From NCBI GenBank assembly GCA_038145175.1, contig JAYQPE010000004.1:111206-175205 (forward strand): a DNA stretch of 64,000 nucleotides, written 5' to 3'. The notes under the pieces are model-generated. The model ran no database searches. It was given only the letters and a program-made list of their open reading frames with translations, and had not been told where the DNA came from. The translations under genes were made by a program, and so were the position numbers. Shown here piece by piece: positions 27,922-38,092 of this stretch. How positions within the stretch are numbered: the stretch's first letter is position 1; every line of letters starts with the position of its first letter. The stretch is from Actinomycetes bacterium. GTDB taxonomy: Bacteria > Actinomycetota > Actinomycetes > S36-B12 > UBA5976.

Positions 27922-28782
27922 ATGCTTGCACCCGAATTAACCTTTGGTGAACCAAATACAAATTCAAATGATCAAGGTTACTTTGGTCCAGGAACTATTA
28001 CTTGGAAAATTCATGCCGATGTCATGGCTGTAATTGGTGGAGTAAGAGCTTTATTTTTACAAGCTTTAGAACCAAAAGCATTTGGCGGTGTTCAAGCCCA
28101 TTCTCGTTACAGAGAAGAACCTTTTGGCAGATTACTAAGAACTGCAGAATATATAGGTGTAATTTCTTTTGGCACAAAAGAAGAAGCAGATAGAGCTGCT
28201 TCCAAAGTAAGAGCGATGCATAGAGCACTTAATCTTGATCAACCTGAACTTCTGTTATGGGTTCACAATGGTTTTACTGATTCACTATTAAATATCGCTT
28301 TACGTTCTGGAATGAAATTAAGTCAAGAAGATCAAGACAAATACGTTAAAGAGCAATTAATTGCTGCGCAATTAATTGGTTTAGACCCAAAAATTTGTCC
28401 TGCAACTGTTCAGGAATTAAAGCAGTATTACCAAGATAAAAGAAGTTATTTAGTTGCAGATAAAAAGGTGAGAGAAGCAGCTCGCTTTATTTTTCTTCCA
28501 CCCATGCATGGTTTCTTTCGATACTTAACCCCGTCTCAATTTATGTGGGCCATTGTGGCAAGTTTGTCTTTTGCATCATTGCCAAGATGGGTTAGAAAAA
28601 TGTATGGAGATTCCTGGAGAGGTTCCACCCTTGCTGGTCCTTGGTTTGTTGATTACACCACTAATTTGACTTTACAAATAATAAGGAGAGTTTTACTTAA
28701 ACTTCCGGATAAAGCCAAAAAAGGTCCTCACGTAACAGCTGCCCAAATAAGATTAAAACAGGAAATTAAATTAACTTTCTAA
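27922..28782 (+). CDS. oxygenase MpaB family / DUF2236 protein
   Basis: GYFGPGTITWKIH, GGVRALFLQ, RLLRTAEY, LLLWVH. Start set at ATG 27922 to avoid overlapping eno. Confidence 0.85.
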   Translation: MLAPELTFGEPNTNSNDQGYFGPGTITWKIHADVMAVIGGVRALFLQALEPKAFGGVQAHSRYREEPFGRLLRTAEYIGVISFGTKEEADRAASKVRAMHRALNLDQPELLLWVHNGFTDSLLNIALRSGMKLSQEDQDKYVKEQLIAAQLIGLDPKICPATVQELKQYYQDKRSYLVADKKVREAARFIFLPPMHGFFRYLTPSQFMWAIVASLSFASLPRWVRKMYGDSWRGSTLAGPWFVDYTTNLTLQIIRRVLLKLPDKAKKGPHVTAAQIRLKQEIKLTF

Positions 28783-29439
28783 GTCTTTTCTGTAATTAGT
28801 AATAGCTTTTCTTAAAGCGGTCTCTGCATCAATTTCTTTTTCATGACATTTTGCTACAAAAGACAATAAGAATTGTCCAACTTTTTCCTCATCAGTAATC
28901 TGATTCTCCACAAGTTTTACTGCATCAGTAATTTCAACTTGTTTTAAGTCTTTATCAAAGTTTTCAACTCGATTAATTAATTTTTGTGCTTGCATTAGTG
29001 CAGGCAAAGCTTTTGGTAAACCTTCTGTGACTCTAGTTCTATTTTTTTCCTTCTTTTTTATTACTTCCCAGTTATCTTTGACATCACTTGAAGTTAATTT
29101 TGAATCATTTTCAAACACATGAGGATGTCTTTTAATTAACTTGTTTTTAATGATTTCAGCAACATCATCTATATCAAAGGGATCAGTTGAATGTTCTTGG
29201 CCAATCTTTGAATGAAAAACTACTTGTAATAAAACATCACCCAACTCTTCTTTGATTGCTTCCCTGTTGTTTTCATCAACAGCTTCTGCAAATTCGTAAG
29301 TTTCTTCAATTAAGTATTCAATTAAAGATTCGTGTGTTTGTTCTAAATCCCAAGGACAACCATCTTTAGAACGAAGAATATTCATTAATTCAATTAATCC
29401 AGCAACTCCAGTTTTTGTTGGTGGATTTTTATTTGGCAT
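28771..29439 (-). CDS. mazG: MazG nucleoside triphosphate pyrophosphohydrolase
   Basis: LRSKDGCPWDLEQTH, EETYE, EELGDVLLQVVFH, KLIKRHPHVF. Confidence 0.94.
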   Translation of the reverse strand: MPNKNPPTKTGVAGLIELMNILRSKDGCPWDLEQTHESLIEYLIEETYEFAEAVDENNREAIKEELGDVLLQVVFHSKIGQEHSTDPFDIDDVAEIIKNKLIKRHPHVFENDSKLTSSDVKDNWEVIKKKEKNRTRVTEGLPKALPALMQAQKLINRVENFDKDLKQVEITDAVKLVENQITDEEKVGQFLLSFVAKCHEKEIDAETALRKAITNYRKDLES

Positions 29440-29442
29440 TAA

Positions 29443-30060
29443 TTAACGCCCAGGTGCAACATCTTCAGGTAAGCCAAAAGCTGGTTCACTGAATTCATTT
29501 GCCGGTGGTGCAATAGAACCATCTTCTGGAATCCACTTACCAAATCTTGGATTTATTTTTACATTTTTTTCACTAGCTTTTAAGATAACAAATTCTTCAC
29601 CTTTAAATCTTTGGTTATCAATAGTGCTATCTGGTGCTAAAACTTTTCCAATTGCATCTAGAGCTCTATTTTGACTTAAAACTTCTTTAATCAGTAAAGG
29701 TGGCACATTTCTAGAACCTGCAAAGACAGCTAATGCATCCGATCCACCAGTTTGTTTTTCTAGGGCGTCGTAATCTTTTGCAACTAAGCTTTGATCAACA
29801 ATAGCTCCAGTTTCTGTCACTGCTTGAGAAATAATTTGGCCAATAATTAATCGAGCCAAAACTCCCCGGCTTTGGGAAGTACCTTGATCATTATTTTCAA
29901 TAGGCACTACTTTTCTTAAATCATTTAAGTAAAAACTCAACTCTTCTTCAGTAATTCGATAATCGCCCACATAAGCTGCAGTTCCTGGATTTTGCTGACC
30001 ACAAGCAACAAGAATTGTTGAAAAAATAAGCAAAAGAGAAGTTTTAATAATCTTTTTCAA
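29443..30060 (-). CDS. SurA N-terminal-like lipoprotein
   Basis: Lipobox LVAC, PGTAAYVG, VKINPRFGKW; conserved position between mfd and mazG. Confidence 0.75.
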   Translation of the reverse strand: MKKIIKTSLLLIFSTILVACGQQNPGTAAYVGDYRITEEELSFYLNDLRKVVPIENNDQGTSQSRGVLARLIIGQIISQAVTETGAIVDQSLVAKDYDALEKQTGGSDALAVFAGSRNVPPLLIKEVLSQNRALDAIGKVLAPDSTIDNQRFKGEEFVILKASEKNVKINPRFGKWIPEDGSIAPPANEFSEPAFGLPEDVAPGR

Positions 30061-30062
30061 AA

Positions 30063-33000
30063 TTATCCTTTCAATTCATCTTCAAATAAGTCATTAATTA
30101 AGTTTGTAACCCAATCAATTATTTCTTCGTTCTTTAATACTTGACCATTAACAAGTGCTGTTGTTGGTGCAGGTACCAAAATACTGCGTACCGTGGCTCT
30201 AACTTGAGTTCCAGGGTAGTTCCTATTAATTCTAATTATTCTGGAATCTGGCAAATCAAGTGGTGAAATTCTTATTGATCTTGCTTGTTGCACAATTTCA
30301 CTTACGCCTACTTTTCTTGCCAAAACTCTTAATTTAGAAACCTTTAACAAAATTTCTACCGGTTTTGTGAATTTTCCAAATCGATCAAGCAGTTCTTCCT
30401 CAATCTCATTTACTTCTTGTTCGGTTTTTGCATCAGCTAATCTTCGATAAATTTGCATACGCAATTTTTCTTCTTTTATATAACTTATTGGCAAATGTGC
30501 ATCTAAAGTCAATTCAATTTTTATTTCTGAATCTGACTTTAATTCTTCACCTTTTGCAGAAGCCAATGCTTCACCAACCAAGCGAACGTATAAATCAAAT
30601 CCCACTTCAGCAATATGACCTGATTGTTCACCTCCCAAAATATTTCCAGCGCCTCTAATTTCTAAATCTTTTAAAGCAACTGCCATTCCTGAACCTAAAT
30701 CTGTATGTTGAGCAATTGTTGCTAAACGATCATATGCATTTTCAGTTAATGGTTTATCTTCTGGGAAAAAGAAATATGCATATGCTCTTTCTCTGCCTCT
30801 GCCAACTCTTCCTCTTATTTGATGAAGCTGTGATAAACCGAAACGATCCGCTCTATCAACAATTAAGGTATTTGCATTTGGAATATCTAAACCGGATTCA
30901 ACTATTGTGGTTGAAATTAGCACATCATATTTTTGAGCCCAGAAATCTAAGATAACTTGTTCTAATTCATGTTCATTCATTTGTCCATGAGCAATAGCAA
31001 ATCTTGCTTCTGGAACTAAATCTCTTAAATCTTCATAAACTTTATCAATTGAGGCAACTCTGTTATGAACATAAAAAACTTGGCCTTCGCGTAATAATTC
31101 TCTTCTAATTGCTGCTGCAATTTGTTTTTTGTCAGTTTGGCCTACAAAAGTTAATACAGGAAGTCTTTCTTCAGGTGGGGTTTGAATCACAGACATTTCT
31201 CTAATTCCGGTAATAGCCATTTCTAAAGTTCTAGGAATTGGAGTAGCAGACATTGTTAAAAAGTCCACATTTGTTCTTAATGCTTTTAAGTGTTCTTTGT
31301 GTTCAACCCCAAATCTTTGCTCCTCATCTACTATTACTAAACCTAAGTCTTTAAATCTCACATCGGAAGTTAATAAGCGATGAGTACCGATGACTACATC
31401 AACAGTTCCTTCCCTGATTCCTTCTAATGTTTCGTTTATTTCTTTAGTGCTTTGAAATCTAGAAAGTGGTTGTATTTTTATAGGAAATGGGGCAAATCTT
31501 TCTGAAAATGTTGCAAAATGTTGCTGAACTAATAATGTCGTTGGAACTAATATTGCAACTTGTTTTCCATCTTGAGTTGCTTTAAATGCAGCTCTTACTG
31601 CAATTTCTGTTTTTCCATATCCCACATCTCCTGCAATTACTCGATCCATGGGAACACTTTTTTCCATATCTTTTTTAACCTCTTCAATGCAAGAAAGTTG
31701 ATCAGGAGTTTCAACATAGGCAAAGGCATCTTCTAGTTCTCTTTGCCAAGGTGTATCTGGGGAAAAAGCAAAACCTTTAGCAGCTTGTCTTGCTGCATAA
31801 AGTCTTATTAATTCTGCAGCAATTTGTTTAACAGCTTTTCTAGCTCTGCCTTTTGTTTTTTCCCAATCAATTCCACCTAATCGATTTAAAGTTGGAATTT
31901 CTGCACCAATAAATTTTGTTATTTGATCTAATTGATCAGTGGGTACAAATAAACGATCTTTAGGTTGACCTCTCTTAGATGATGCGTATTCAATTACTAA
32001 ATATTCTCTAGTTGCATTACCGATTGTTCGACTCGTCATTTCTACATATTTTCCAACACCATGTTGTTCATGAACTACATAATCACCAGGGGTTAGGGAC
32101 AAAACATCAACACTGTTCTTTCTTTTTGAAGGTAATTTTGAAACATCTTTCATGCTGCTTTTCGCACCAACAATGTCTGTGTCTGTAATTAATATAAATT
32201 TTTGTTCAGGTAAAGAAAAACCATGATTTAGATCAGAAACAATTAAATTAACAACATTTTTCGTTAATTCATTATTTGTGATTTTTGCAGCAATATCTGC
32301 ATTTGAAAACTGTTCTAAATATCTCTGGATTGATCCCAATCCAGCTGAAGTAATTACTACTTGCCAACCAAGAGTCAATTTGTTTCTTATTTCAGTTATT
32401 AAATTAGGAAAATCTCCCCTAAAACCTTCGATAACTTTTGCTTTTAAATCAAGGGCTTCAAATGCTAAATCATCAACGTGACCTATAAATGGGCTAACTT
32501 GCCACCATTTCAAATCATTTTTTAAAGCGTTTTTTTCAATTGTTTCTAGTTCTCTAAATCCGCCATGCAAGATTTCTTGAGGTACTTCTGCTCCAGTGGT
32601 TGTATTAGACCAGGCTGCGTTAAGAAATTCATCAGCTGTTTTTAAAACTTCTTGGGCTCTAGTTTTAGTTTTTTCTGCATCACTTAATAAAACAATACTT
32701 TGAGATTTAAATAAATCAGTAAATAAAGATAGTGGACCAAGAGGAATAAATTCTTCATTCAAAAAGGGCTCTTTACATGCAGGTGCCCATAATCCGTGAG
32801 TTGCAATATTTAAACTTCTTTGATCTGCTACAGAAAAATTTCTGATTTCTTCAACTTCATCACCAAAAAAATCTACTCTTAAAGGATGTTCTGTACCTGG
32901 AATAAAAATATCTAGAATGCCACCACGAACTGCAAACTCTCCTCTTTTTTCAACAATTTCAACTCGTTCGTAACCTAATTCAACTAATTGAGTAATAGCT

Positions 33001-33476
33001 TTTGTTAAATCAATTGAATCTCCAGGTTTTAAAGCTAAAGGTTCTAAATCTTGTAACGATTTCAAAATTGGTTGCATTAAAGATCTAATAGGGGCAACTA
33101 CCACATCAAGCTTTCTTGCTTGGAAAAAATTGTTATCTGGATTACTCAATCTTCTAATTACCGCTAAACGTTGACCCACTATGTCTTTTGTTGGTTCAAT
33201 TTTTTCATGAGGCAAAGTCTCCCAAGCAGGAAAATTAGCAACAGAAATTTCTTTACTCCATAAAGATAATTCGTGCACTAATCGATCTGCCTCTTTAGTG
33301 TTTGAAGTAACGGCAAGAATTATTGATTCAGAATTATTAATTAAATGGTTTGTAATAAATGAAAAAATAGTGTTTGGGGCTGCAATCTTAAATGTTGATT
33401 CTGTTGAAATTGCTTTGGTTAAGTCCTGCCAAACCTGATGCTTACTTATTTCTTGAACTAATTGATTTAAACTCAT
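30063..33476 (-). CDS. mfd: transcription-repair coupling factor
   Basis: CarD-like domain (PGDYVVHEQHGVG), GDVGYGKTE, DEEQRFGV, QIRGRVGR, TRCF C-terminus. Confidence 0.98.
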   Translation of the reverse strand: MSLNQLVQEISKHQVWQDLTKAISTESTFKIAAPNTIFSFITNHLINNSESIILAVTSNTKEADRLVHELSLWSKEISVANFPAWETLPHEKIEPTKDIVGQRLAVIRRLSNPDNNFFQARKLDVVVAPIRSLMQPILKSLQDLEPLALKPGDSIDLTKAITQLVELGYERVEIVEKRGEFAVRGGILDIFIPGTEHPLRVDFFGDEVEEIRNFSVADQRSLNIATHGLWAPACKEPFLNEEFIPLGPLSLFTDLFKSQSIVLLSDAEKTKTRAQEVLKTADEFLNAAWSNTTTGAEVPQEILHGGFRELETIEKNALKNDLKWWQVSPFIGHVDDLAFEALDLKAKVIEGFRGDFPNLITEIRNKLTLGWQVVITSAGLGSIQRYLEQFSNADIAAKITNNELTKNVVNLIVSDLNHGFSLPEQKFILITDTDIVGAKSSMKDVSKLPSKRKNSVDVLSLTPGDYVVHEQHGVGKYVEMTSRTIGNATREYLVIEYASSKRGQPKDRLFVPTDQLDQITKFIGAEIPTLNRLGGIDWEKTKGRARKAVKQIAAELIRLYAARQAAKGFAFSPDTPWQRELEDAFAYVETPDQLSCIEEVKKDMEKSVPMDRVIAGDVGYGKTEIAVRAAFKATQDGKQVAILVPTTLLVQQHFATFSERFAPFPIKIQPLSRFQSTKEINETLEGIREGTVDVVIGTHRLLTSDVRFKDLGLVIVDEEQRFGVEHKEHLKALRTNVDFLTMSATPIPRTLEMAITGIREMSVIQTPPEERLPVLTFVGQTDKKQIAAAIRRELLREGQVFYVHNRVASIDKVYEDLRDLVPEARFAIAHGQMNEHELEQVILDFWAQKYDVLISTTIVESGLDIPNANTLIVDRADRFGLSQLHQIRGRVGRGRERAYAYFFFPEDKPLTENAYDRLATIAQHTDLGSGMAVALKDLEIRGAGNILGGEQSGHIAEVGFDLYVRLVGEALASAKGEELKSDSEIKIELTLDAHLPISYIKEEKLRMQIYRRLADAKTEQEVNEIEEELLDRFGKFTKPVEILLKVSKLRVLARKVGVSEIVQQARSIRISPLDLPDSRIIRINRNYPGTQVRATVRSILVPAPTTALVNGQVLKNEEIIDWVTNLINDLFEDELKG

Positions 33477-34249
33477 GAAATTGCCTGTAAAACATCCTTA
33501 AATAACTCTTTTTTACACACGATGACATTTTCTACTCGTAAATTTTCTTTATTAAGTTTTATTGGATTTCCAGAAATATCACTAACTATTAATCCTGCTT
33601 TATCTGCAACTGCTAAAGGAGCAGCAATATCCCATTCATAAAAACCTGTAGTGTGAACATAAAAGTCTGCATTTCCTTCCAAAATTTCAACTACTTTTGC
33701 TCCAACTGAACCCACACTTTTTACTTCTAAACCACCATAATTTGTATCAAAAAATTCAATAAACTTTGGCATTTCCATAGGTGGTCTTGAACCTGAAACT
33801 AATAATCTAGGAATTTTATTTGAAGTAGGAATGTGCAAATTGTCATTTGAAGTGTAAATCTTTTTTGTTTCAGGAATTCCCACTACAGCTATAGAAATAT
33901 TGCTTAAATCTTTTGACTCTTTTTCCCATAATGCAATATGAATTGCATAATCTTTACGATTATTAGCAAAATAAAAAGTGCCATCTAATGGATCAATTAT
34001 CCAGCATCTTTGAGCCGTTAATCTTTCTTTTGGATCTAATCCTTCTTCACTTAACACCACATCATTTGGTCTATATTTACTAAACTCTTTCATTAAGAAA
34101 TCATGAGAGTATTTATCCGCACTTTTGCCATATTCTTTTCGTTTTGTTAAATCTTCGGGTAAAGGATTTTCTTTCTTAAATTGATCTAAAACATCCATTA
34201 CTAGTTCTGCTAGTTCAATGGCAAAATCTAAATCTGATTCTTCCTGCAT
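33473..34249 (-). CDS. cysQ: 3'(2'),5'-bisphosphate nucleotidase CysQ / inositol monophosphatase family
   Basis: LSEEG, WIIDPLDGT, EWDIAA motifs. Confidence 0.8.
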   Translation of the reverse strand: MQEESDLDFAIELAELVMDVLDQFKKENPLPEDLTKRKEYGKSADKYSHDFLMKEFSKYRPNDVVLSEEGLDPKERLTAQRCWIIDPLDGTFYFANNRKDYAIHIALWEKESKDLSNISIAVVGIPETKKIYTSNDNLHIPTSNKIPRLLVSGSRPPMEMPKFIEFFDTNYGGLEVKSVGSVGAKVVEILEGNADFYVHTTGFYEWDIAAPLAVADKAGLIVSDISGNPIKLNKENLRVENVIVCKKELFKDVLQAIS

Positions 34250-34251
34250 GA

Positions 34252-34827
34252 TTAACCGTTATTCAAATTCTGAGCTTGACTAACTCCAAAATTAACAACA
34301 TCAGAAATTGCTTTATTTCCCATATTTAAAAATTCAGTTAATTTAGATTTTTCAAAGAAGTTAAATGGTTTTAAAACAAAATCTGCTGGATCCATATCCC
34401 CTGGGGGTCTTCCTATACCTAAACGAATTCTTATGTATTCCCCAGAATCTAGAGAATTTCTGATTGACTTTAAACCATTGTGGCCATTATCTCCGCCACC
34501 TTGTTTTATACGAATATCTCCATATTCAAGATCTAATTCATCGTGTAAAACAATTAAATTATCTAGATCAATTTTGAAGAAATTCAATATTGCTGAAACT
34601 GGACCACCAGATTCATTCATATAACAAGTAAGAGTTGTAAAAATAACTTTGTTTAAGCCTAATTTTGTTTCACAAATATTAGCGTTAAGTTTTTTAGTTA
34701 ATTTTAAATTTTCGCCCAATTCACTAACCCCATGTTCAATAACCATGGCACCAATGTTGTGACGAGTTGATTGATAACTTTTCCCAGGATTACCTAAACC
34801 AACGACTAACCAGTTAGTGTTAGTCAT
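34252..34827 (-). CDS. pth: peptidyl-tRNA hydrolase
   Basis: VGLGNPG, TRHNIG, YMNESG, HDELD, GGGDNGHNGLKSI. Confidence 0.97.
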   Translation of the reverse strand: MTNTNWLVVGLGNPGKSYQSTRHNIGAMVIEHGVSELGENLKLTKKLNANICETKLGLNKVIFTTLTCYMNESGGPVSAILNFFKIDLDNLIVLHDELDLEYGDIRIKQGGGDNGHNGLKSIRNSLDSGEYIRIRLGIGRPPGDMDPADFVLKPFNFFEKSKLTEFLNMGNKAISDVVNFGVSQAQNLNNG

Positions 34828-34864
34828 AATTTAGCCTTACTGTTATAAGTTTTTTTTACCTTAA

Positions 34865-35395
34865 TTATTTCTTTGCTTTATCTGCTTCAGGTTCTTTTGT
34901 TTCAGCAGCAGGAGCAGCAGCTTCGGTGCCTGCAGCAGGAGCAGCAGCACCTTCAGTTGTTGCAGCGGCCGCAACTGGAGCAACTTCACCAAGATCCATT
35001 TTGGATTTGGCAGCAAGTTCAAGACGAGCTGCTAATTGTTCTGCAGCAACTTCATCTGCTCTTGCAGCAAGATCTAATCTTTCTTTTTGTTCTTTGTCAT
35101 TTAAGACAACTAAATCAACGTGTTTGTAAATTGGCTTTATTGGATCTTTTTGAATTTGTCTTGGAGCAACAACAAATTTCTTGCCATCTAATTCTAAATT
35201 AATTGTTGCGTAAGGAACTCTTAACGCAAGGGATGCATCGTGTTGGTCTAAAGAAACATGAATTGGATCTTGACCATTTCCATAAACAACTGCTGGTAAG
35301 CGATTTGCTTGGCGATCTCTGCGGGAAGCACCTTTACCGAATTTTTCTCGTTTTTGTGCTGAGAGGGAAAATACTGTTTGCTTATCTTTTGACAT
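34865..35395 (-). CDS. rplY: 50S ribosomal protein L25/Ctc with Ala/Glu-rich tail
   Basis: GKGASRRDR...LPAVVYG...QKDPIK...HVDL; conserved prs-rplY-pth position. Confidence 0.9.
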   Translation of the reverse strand: MSKDKQTVFSLSAQKREKFGKGASRRDRQANRLPAVVYGNGQDPIHVSLDQHDASLALRVPYATINLELDGKKFVVAPRQIQKDPIKPIYKHVDLVVLNDKEQKERLDLAARADEVAAEQLAARLELAAKSKMDLGEVAPVAAAATTEGAAAPAAGTEAAAPAAETKEPEADKAKK

Positions 35396-35413
35396 TTTTA
35401 ATCGAACCTTTCC

Positions 35414-35449
35414 GTCGATCACGGTGATTTTTTTATCACCCTCGCCGAA
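35414..35449 (-). promoter_or_regulatory. candidate structured 5' leader of rplY
   Basis: GC-rich element TTCGGCGAG-GGTGAT-AAAAAA-ATCACC-GTGATCGAC: a 6-bp stem with a purine-rich 5x5 internal loop, about 20 nt upstream of the rplY start. Confidence 0.45.
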
Positions 35450-35507
35450 TTGCGTAAGAAAAACATTACTAAAGCACTATTTGATGGTTAGAACTTAGGG
35501 GCTTTTT

Positions 35508-36497
35508 CTAGAAGAGAGAAGGTTGTCTTTCATCAAAAAGACTGGTTACCGAACCCTCTCTAAATACTTCTCTCACAGCATCTGCAATAAGTGGGGCGAT
35601 TGGCAAAATTGTTAATTTGTTAAATCTAGATTCAGCAACTATTGGCAAAGTATCTGTGACCACAACTTCTGAAATTCTTGATTGTTGTAATTTTTCTGCT
35701 GCTTTTCCTGACAAAATTCCATGAGTGGCTGTGACTATTACATCTTTTGCACCATTATCAAATAGTGTTTCAGCAGCTTTGGCAATAGTTCCACCTGTAT
35801 CAATCATGTCATCAACAAGAACACAAACTCTGCCCTTAACTTCACCAACAACTTCAAACATTTTTACTTCATTAGGCACATCTGGATCTCTGCGCTTATG
35901 AATAATTGCTAAAGGAGAACCCAAAATATCTGTCCAACGCTCTGCCACTCTTACGCGACCTGAATCAGGTGACACAACAGTTATGTCTTCTCGATCAACT
36001 TTTGATTGGATGTGATTTGCCAATATTTTTATAGCAAACAAGTGATCAACTGGACCATCAAAGAATCCTTGAATTTGTGCGGTATGTAAATCAACTGTCA
36101 TGATGCGATCAGCACCTGCTGTTTTTAAAAGATCTGCCATCAAACGAGCAGAGATAGGTTCTCTACCTCTGTGTTTTTTATCTTGTCTGGCATAGCCGTA
36201 ATAAGGCATGATCACTGAAATTCTTCTGGCACTTGCTCTTCTTAAGGCATCAATTAATAAAAGTTGTTCCATGATCCATTTGTTAATTGGATAAGTGTGT
36301 GATTGCAACACGAATGCATCGCAACCTCTAACAGATTCTTCAAAACGAACAAATACTTCACCATTGGCAAAGTCGTATGCGGAAAGTTTTGCTAATTCAA
36401 CGCCTAATTCGCGAGCAACAGCTTCTGCTAATTCAGGATGAGATCGGCCTGCGGCAAGAAGCAAGCGCTTACTGGTGACTGTCTCGACCTCGGCCAC
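35508..36497 (-). CDS. prs: ribose-phosphate pyrophosphokinase
   Basis: FANGE, YGYARQDKK, DLHTAQIQGFFD, VSPDSG, DDMIDTGGT. Confidence 0.98.
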   Translation of the reverse strand: MAEVETVTSKRLLLAAGRSHPELAEAVARELGVELAKLSAYDFANGEVFVRFEESVRGCDAFVLQSHTYPINKWIMEQLLLIDALRRASARRISVIMPYYGYARQDKKHRGREPISARLMADLLKTAGADRIMTVDLHTAQIQGFFDGPVDHLFAIKILANHIQSKVDREDITVVSPDSGRVRVAERWTDILGSPLAIIHKRRDPDVPNEVKMFEVVGEVKGRVCVLVDDMIDTGGTIAKAAETLFDNGAKDVIVTATHGILSGKAAEKLQQSRISEVVVTDTLPIVAESRFNKLTILPIAPLIADAVREVFREGSVTSLFDERQPSLF

Positions 36498-36553
36498 TTC
36501 AATCTCTTTTCTTTAAAAGATTTTTTCTGTGGTGCTAACTCTAATTGTTCCAG

Positions 36554-38059
36554 TTACTTCTTTTTCTTCTTTGGCGGGGTTTGTCTTTTAGCGTTTTTGG
36601 TTTTCTTTTTGGAAGGTTTGGTTACTTTGGCCTTGGCTTTAGATTTGGTTTTCTTAGTCCCTTTTTTCACAGATTTTGCATACTGAGAATTTGGTCTTTT
36701 CCTTACAGTCCAACCTTCAATATTTCTTTGTTTAGTTCTTTCCACCCCAAGAGCACCAGCAGGAACATTTTCTGTAATCACAGATCCAGCAGCGGTATAT
36801 GCGCCATCACCAATTTTTACTGGCGCTACCAACATGGTGTCTGAACCAATTTTTACATAATTTCCAACCACTGTTTTATGTTTTTCTATTCCGTCATAGT
36901 TAACAAAAACTGTGGCAGCACCAATATTTGATTCAATTCCAATTGTTGCATCCCCTACATAGGAAAGATGCGGAACTTTTGAACCATCTCCTACTGTGGA
37001 GTTTTTAATTTCTACATAAGCTCCTGCTTTAACTCCATCTTTTAATTTGGTGCCAGGTCTTAAATAAGTAAAAGGTCCAACTTGGCAATTGTTACCAACA
37101 ATTGCCTCATCAAGTGTTGATTTAACGATTTTAGAATTTTCTCCAATTTTAGAGTTTGTTAATAACGAATCTGGTCCAACAACAGATCCTGATTCAACAC
37201 TGGTATTTCCAATTAAATGTGTATTGGTGTCAAGGAAAACATCACTTGCTAATGAAACTGATAAATCAATGATTACTGATTCTGGATTTCGCATAGTTAC
37301 CCCTTGCAACATCCAGTGCTCATTAATTTGTTGTTGTTTTATTCTTTGCACTTCTGCCAATTGTGTTTGATCATTAATTCCAAGTGCTTCAACATAGTTT
37401 TCGCAAACTACTGCAGTTACTGTCTCGTTAAGATTATTTATAGCCTCAACTACATCTGTTAGATAGATTTCTTTTTGAGCATTTTTGCTGCCAAGTTTTG
37501 AGACCGCTTGTTTTAACAGATCGGCATCAAATACGTAAACACCTGTATTGATTTCAGTAATTTCTAATTCATCACTGCTTGCATCTTTGTGTTCAACGAT
37601 TCTTAAGACTTTGTCGTCTTCTTTAATTATTCGTCCATATCCTGTTGGATCTGGAAACTCAGCTGTTAATACTGCTGCTTTAGAAGATTTAGCTGCTTTT
37701 ATTAATTGAGTTAATGTTTGACTACTTAAAAGCGGAGTATCCGAGGCTAAAACTAGGACTAAACCTTTAACACTTTTCAAACTTGCCAAAGCGGTTTGTA
37801 CAGCATGGCCTGTACCCAATTGTTTGGTTTGTACTGCTGTTTGGACTTTTGGATATTCACTATTTATATATTGCTTAACCAATTCTTTTTGATGCCCAAT
37901 TACTACCAGGTTTTGTTGAGCTTTGAGTTCTTTAACTGTGTTTAAAACGTGACCTAAAATTGGTAAACCGCAAACTTCATGAAGCACTTTTGGTGAAGCA
38001 GATTTCATGCGTGTGCCTTCACCAGCGGCTAACACAATTGCGACATTTAAATTACTCAC
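36554..38059 (-). CDS. glmU: bifunctional GlmU with Lys-rich C-terminal extension
   Basis: LAAGEGTRMKS, LGTGHAV, YLTD, GPFTYLRPG, KVPHLSYVGDA, NYDG hexapeptide repeats. Confidence 0.97.
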   Translation of the reverse strand: MSNLNVAIVLAAGEGTRMKSASPKVLHEVCGLPILGHVLNTVKELKAQQNLVVIGHQKELVKQYINSEYPKVQTAVQTKQLGTGHAVQTALASLKSVKGLVLVLASDTPLLSSQTLTQLIKAAKSSKAAVLTAEFPDPTGYGRIIKEDDKVLRIVEHKDASSDELEITEINTGVYVFDADLLKQAVSKLGSKNAQKEIYLTDVVEAINNLNETVTAVVCENYVEALGINDQTQLAEVQRIKQQQINEHWMLQGVTMRNPESVIIDLSVSLASDVFLDTNTHLIGNTSVESGSVVGPDSLLTNSKIGENSKIVKSTLDEAIVGNNCQVGPFTYLRPGTKLKDGVKAGAYVEIKNSTVGDGSKVPHLSYVGDATIGIESNIGAATVFVNYDGIEKHKTVVGNYVKIGSDTMLVAPVKIGDGAYTAAGSVITENVPAGALGVERTKQRNIEGWTVRKRPNSQYAKSVKKGTKKTKSKAKAKVTKPSKKKTKNAKRQTPPKKKKK

Positions 38060-38092
38060 GTAGTCGATGTTATTAGTTAGTAAAAAGTGTTG

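Noticed and set aside
34905-34950. gcagcaggagcagcag repeats in rplY, similar to the AAPAA tail of the histone-like gene
   Set aside because: Low-complexity Ala/Pro coding sequence, not a mobile or regulatory repeat.
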